Shown here: piece by piece, positions 14,856 through 18,058 of the stretch
Layout of the letters: every line of letters starts with the position of its first letter
How positions within the stretch are numbered: position 1 is the first letter of the stretch
Source of the DNA: Candidatus Methylomirabilota bacterium
GTDB taxonomy: Bacteria; Methylomirabilota; Methylomirabilia; Rokubacteriales; CSP1-6
Reading direction: 5' to 3'
Length of the DNA stretch: 18,058 bases
Assembly: GCA_046726415.1 (NCBI GenBank)
Contig: JBKPAK010000223.1
Coordinates: 1-18,058 of the forward strand
Position numbers and translations under genes: made by a program
The notes under the pieces: generated by a model
Seen by the model: only the letters and a program-made list of their open reading frames with translations
Database searches by the model: none
Told to the model about the DNA's origin: nothing

Positions 14856-15869
14856 ATGAGTCACGACGCCCGAGTCCAGGAGTTTGTCACGGCCTTCGGG
14901 GCCCTGCGCGCGGAAGTCGAGAAGGTCATCGTGGGGCACCGTGAGATCATCGACAACGTCCTGGTCGGGATGTTCGCGGGTGGCCACGTCCTGCTGGAGG
15001 GCGTGCCGGGATTGGGGAAGACCCTCCTGGTCAAGACGCTGGCCGAGGGACTCGAGCTGTCGTTCTCGCGCATTCAGTTCACGCCGGACCTGATGCCTGC
15101 CGACATCCTCGGGACGAACATCATCGTCGAGGACGCCGAGGGTCGAAAGCACTTCCAGTTCCAGCACGGGCCGATCTTCGCCCACACCTTGCTGGCCGAC
15201 GAGATCAACCGCGCGACACCTAAGACGCAATCGGCGCTCCTGGAAGGGATGCAGGAGGCATCGGTGACCGTGGGCGGCGTCTCGCGACCGCTGCCCTCAC
15301 CGTTCTTCGTGCTGGCCACCCAGAATCCCATCGAGATGGAGGGGACGTATCCGCTCCCCGAGGCCCAGCTGGACCGGTTCCTGATGAAACTTCGGGTCCG
15401 GTATCCCGCCGTGGAGGAACTGAACGCCATCATCGATCGCACCACACAGGCCCGGACGGCGACCGTCAGCCAGGTCATGACAGGGCCGGCGGTCTTGTCC
15501 TATCGCGAGTTGGTCCGCGAGGTCCCAATCGCGTCCCACGTGCGGGACTTCGCGTCCGCGGTGGTGATGGCCACGCACCCGCAGTCGGAGCATGCTCCGG
15601 ATGTGACCCGGCGCTTCGTCCGCTATGGGGCCAGCCCGCGGGGGGCGCAGGCGATGGTGTTGAGCGCCAAAGTCCGGGCCCTGGCCAGCGGCCGGTACAA
15701 CGTCAGCCTTGAGGATCTCAAGGCGGTCGCGGCGGCCGCGCTTCGGCACCGCATCATCCTCAATTTCGAGGGCGAAGCGGAGGGCATCGACGTCGACAAC
15801 CTCATCGGACAGATCATCGAGACCGCCGAGGTGGCGTCGAGCGCTGGCAAAGAGGCATTTCTGCGCTGA
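14856..15869 (+). CDS. moxR: MoxR-family AAA+ ATPase
   Basis: Motifs HVLLEGVPGLGKT (Walker A), RIQFTPDLMPADI, LLADEINRATPKTQSALLE, ATQNPIEMEGTYPLPEAQLDRF, GASPRG and LRHRI. Confidence 0.95.
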   Translation: MSHDARVQEFVTAFGALRAEVEKVIVGHREIIDNVLVGMFAGGHVLLEGVPGLGKTLLVKTLAEGLELSFSRIQFTPDLMPADILGTNIIVEDAEGRKHFQFQHGPIFAHTLLADEINRATPKTQSALLEGMQEASVTVGGVSRPLPSPFFVLATQNPIEMEGTYPLPEAQLDRFLMKLRVRYPAVEELNAIIDRTTQARTATVSQVMTGPAVLSYRELVREVPIASHVRDFASAVVMATHPQSEHAPDVTRRFVRYGASPRGAQAMVLSAKVRALASGRYNVSLEDLKAVAAAALRHRIILNFEGEAEGIDVDNLIGQIIETAEVASSAGKEAFLR

Positions 15870-15880
15870 GGGGAGAGCCG

Positions 15881-17329
15881 ATGAGCGTCGAGAACCTCGA
15901 CCGACTTGTCCGCCAGGTGGCATCGCAGGTCCGCTGGCGGAGGGCCGAACACTACGGCCTCCGCGGGGCCTTCTATGGCGCGCTGGGGGCCGTCGGCGTG
16001 CTGATCTTCAAGCAGTCGCTGGGTACGCCCGCCATCCCCGCCGCCGGCGCGCTGCTCGTACTCGGCGCGCTCGTGGGCGCGGCGGTGGGCCTCGCCAAGA
16101 AGGTGCCGGTGGCGGATGCAGCGCGCCTGGCGGACCGGGCCTTTGGCCTCGATGACCGAGTGGCCACGGCCCTGGAGTGGGCGAACCGTCCGGATCGGAC
16201 GCCTCTGGTCCAAGCTCTGGTGGTCGACGCTACCGAGCGCACGGGCAGCTTGACCATGCGCCAGATCGTGCGGCGTCGGTCGTCGCGCGAAGCGCGGTTG
16301 CTCGCCGTGCCCGCGGCAGCCGCCGTGGCTCTGGCCCTCGCCCCCGCAGTCCCCGTGCCATCGTTCAAACTGCCCGACCTTTCCGCCAGCCGCGAGGAAG
16401 AGAAGGCGCAGGAGCGGGGGGACGCGGCTACGATGCAGGAGGCATCTCGAGGCCTGGCCAAGGAAGGACTCAAACGGCCCTCATTCGAGGAGCGCGACTT
16501 CGTCCAGCGCGCGGGCACGAGCGGGTCGACCACCGCTGGAGATCTGTCGGCGGTCTTCAAGGACACCTCCTTGGGCAATGCGCGGCCCGACTTCAACAGT
16601 TTCCTCAAGAAGGGGGACGACCGCCTCAAGATGCTGGAGCAGGTGGACCGCCTGCCTGATCTCCAGTCGGACTTCACGAGCAGCCAGTACAAGGTCGTCT
16701 ACCGGCGTGCCAAGGAACTGCGCGGGGGGCTGAGCCCGGATATCTCGCCTCAGAAGCTGAAAGAGTTGCTGGAGGAGATGGAGCGCCTGGGCCGGAAGGG
16801 CGGCAACAGTTGGAGCCCGGACGCCGCCGAGGGCTTGGAGGCCCTCGAAGGTGGACAGACCGACCGCGCCATGCAGGCCATGGAGAAGGCACTCAACAAG
16901 ATGCGCGCCATGGAGGAGCAGGGGCGTTCGGGCAAGAATCTGCGGGGTGGGCGGGAGAGCGACCGCAGTGCCAAGGGGCGCGACCGAGGCCGGGGCGGTG
17001 AGGGTGGACCCGACGAGCAGGATTTCGGAGAGGGCGAGGGGTTGCTCCCCGGGAAGGGCAAGAGCGGTTCCCCGAAGGGCGAGGCCACCCAGCGGCTGCG
17101 CGGCAATCCCTACGATGTCGGCGTCGAAGGGGAGTCGCGCCGAGGCAAGAAGGAGGGCTTTGACACGAACATGGTCGGACGCGGAGGACAGATGCCGTCC
17201 AGACTGCAGTACCTCGGCGTGATCGGGCAGTACCGCAAGATGATGGAGGACACCATCACGCGGGAAGCCATTCCGCGTGACTATCACTCGCAGATCAAGG
17301 ACTACTTCCAGGCGCTGGACGAGCGATAA
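15881..17329 (+). CDS. Hypothetical membrane-anchored coiled-coil/Gly-rich protein of a MoxR operon
   Basis: About 3 N-terminal hydrophobic segments with an LDDRVATALEW motif between them, a charged helical middle, a Gly/Glu/Arg-rich linker, and C-terminal helix EAIPRDYHSQIKDYFQAL. Purine-rich RBS, 11 nt after the moxR stop. Confidence 0.8.
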   Translation: MSVENLDRLVRQVASQVRWRRAEHYGLRGAFYGALGAVGVLIFKQSLGTPAIPAAGALLVLGALVGAAVGLAKKVPVADAARLADRAFGLDDRVATALEWANRPDRTPLVQALVVDATERTGSLTMRQIVRRRSSREARLLAVPAAAAVALALAPAVPVPSFKLPDLSASREEEKAQERGDAATMQEASRGLAKEGLKRPSFEERDFVQRAGTSGSTTAGDLSAVFKDTSLGNARPDFNSFLKKGDDRLKMLEQVDRLPDLQSDFTSSQYKVVYRRAKELRGGLSPDISPQKLKELLEEMERLGRKGGNSWSPDAAEGLEALEGGQTDRAMQAMEKALNKMRAMEEQGRSGKNLRGGRESDRSAKGRDRGRGGEGGPDEQDFGEGEGLLPGKGKSGSPKGEATQRLRGNPYDVGVEGESRRGKKEGFDTNMVGRGGQMPSRLQYLGVIGQYRKMMEDTITREAIPRDYHSQIKDYFQALDER

Positions 17330-17332
17330 AGC

Positions 17333-18058
17333 GTGCCGGCCACCATTCGCCAGCAGTTCTTCAGCTCGGACTTCCTGGCGCAGTTGGAGCGGCTCGCTCT
17401 CGCCTCGCGGCGCTCCTTCCGCGGCCGCGTCAAGGGCGAGCGCCGGAGTCCCCGCAAGGGTCAGAGCGTCGAGTTCTCCGACTATCGCGCCTACGGCGTG
17501 GGCGACGACCTTCGCTACGTCGATTGGAACATCTACGGCCGCACCGACCGCCTGCACGTCAAGCTCTTCGTCGACGAGGAGGACCTGTGCGTGCATCTGC
17601 TCATCGACGCCTCGGCGTCCATGAGCTTTGGCCGGCCCTCAAAGCTCGAGTACGGGACGCGTCTGGCTTCCGCCCTGGGGTTCATCGGCCTGGTGAATCT
17701 GGAGCGGGTCGGGGTCGGGATCCTGCGCGAGCAGGTCACCGAGGGGTGGGCCCCCGTGCGCGGACGCAATCAGTTCATGCCCCTCGCCGGCTTCCTGTCC
17801 GGCGTGCAGGCGAGCGGGGGCACGAGCCTCAACGCCGGGCTCGCGAACTACGCGGCGCGCGGTCGGGAACCGGGAATCGCGGTAGTCCTCTCGGATTTCC
17901 TCGATCCCGGCGGCTACGAAGCAGGGCTGCGAGCCCTGCTCGAGCATCGCTTCGAGATCCACGTGATCCACCTGCTCGATCCGGGGGAAATGAATCCCGA
18001 CATCGGGGGGGATCTTCGCCTCATCGACAGCGAGACGGGAGAGGTGCGTGAGCTGACG
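17333..18058 (+). CDS. DUF58 (VWA-like) protein, truncated by the window edge and absent from the ORF track
   Basis: GTG 17333 reads MPATIRQQFFSSDFLAQLERL...GERRSPRKGQSVEFSDYRAYGVGDDLRYVDWNIYGRTDRLHVKLF...LLIDASASMSFG...VVLSDFLD, open to the window end. Confidence 0.92.
   Translation, partial: MPATIRQQFFSSDFLAQLERLALASRRSFRGRVKGERRSPRKGQSVEFSDYRAYGVGDDLRYVDWNIYGRTDRLHVKLFVDEEDLCVHLLIDASASMSFGRPSKLEYGTRLASALGFIGLVNLERVGVGILREQVTEGWAPVRGRNQFMPLAGFLSGVQASGGTSLNAGLANYAARGREPGIAVVLSDFLDPGGYEAGLRALLEHRFEIHVIHLLDPGEMNPDIGGDLRLIDSETGEVRELT

Noticed and set aside
7490-17971. Long minus-strand ORFs such as 7490-8410, 8454-9596, 10669-11544, 13014-13895 and 16481-17596
   Set aside because: Antisense shadows of well-supported plus-strand genes, with low-complexity Arg/Pro/Ala-rich translations.

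Overview
GC-rich bacterial chromosomal window with no phage, IS, CRISPR, rRNA or tRNA genes that I could recognise. The gene style suggests Methylomirabilota/Rokubacteria-like bacteria, which is inference only. Left to right: (1) the 3' end of a thiamine-diphosphate enzyme gene and a hairpin-rich intergenic spacer; (2) a minus-strand block of a small membrane protein, DUF1537 acid-sugar kinase, pdxA, and a Tat-exported family-5 ABC binding protein with two permeases but no ATPase; (3) a divergent plus-strand run of a TlpA/ResA redoxin, ccdA, thrB and a long-form dCTP deaminase; (4) a cluster with its own promoter: an orphan pup (ubiquitin-like, ending GGE, no proteasome genes beside it), a Cys-rich FmdB zinc ribbon, a LysR regulator, a selenocysteine-containing selD, and a decayed PhnC/PhnE-type transporter. 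The ORF track truncates selD: it has an in-frame UGA at 12024-12026 followed by a SECIS-like hairpin; (5) a stand-alone zf-HC2 (ZAS) protein; (6) the start of a MoxR AAA+ / membrane coiled-coil / DUF58 operon behind a repeat-rich promoter. The most notable observation is Pup heading an apparent selenium-metabolism operon instead of a proteasome operon.
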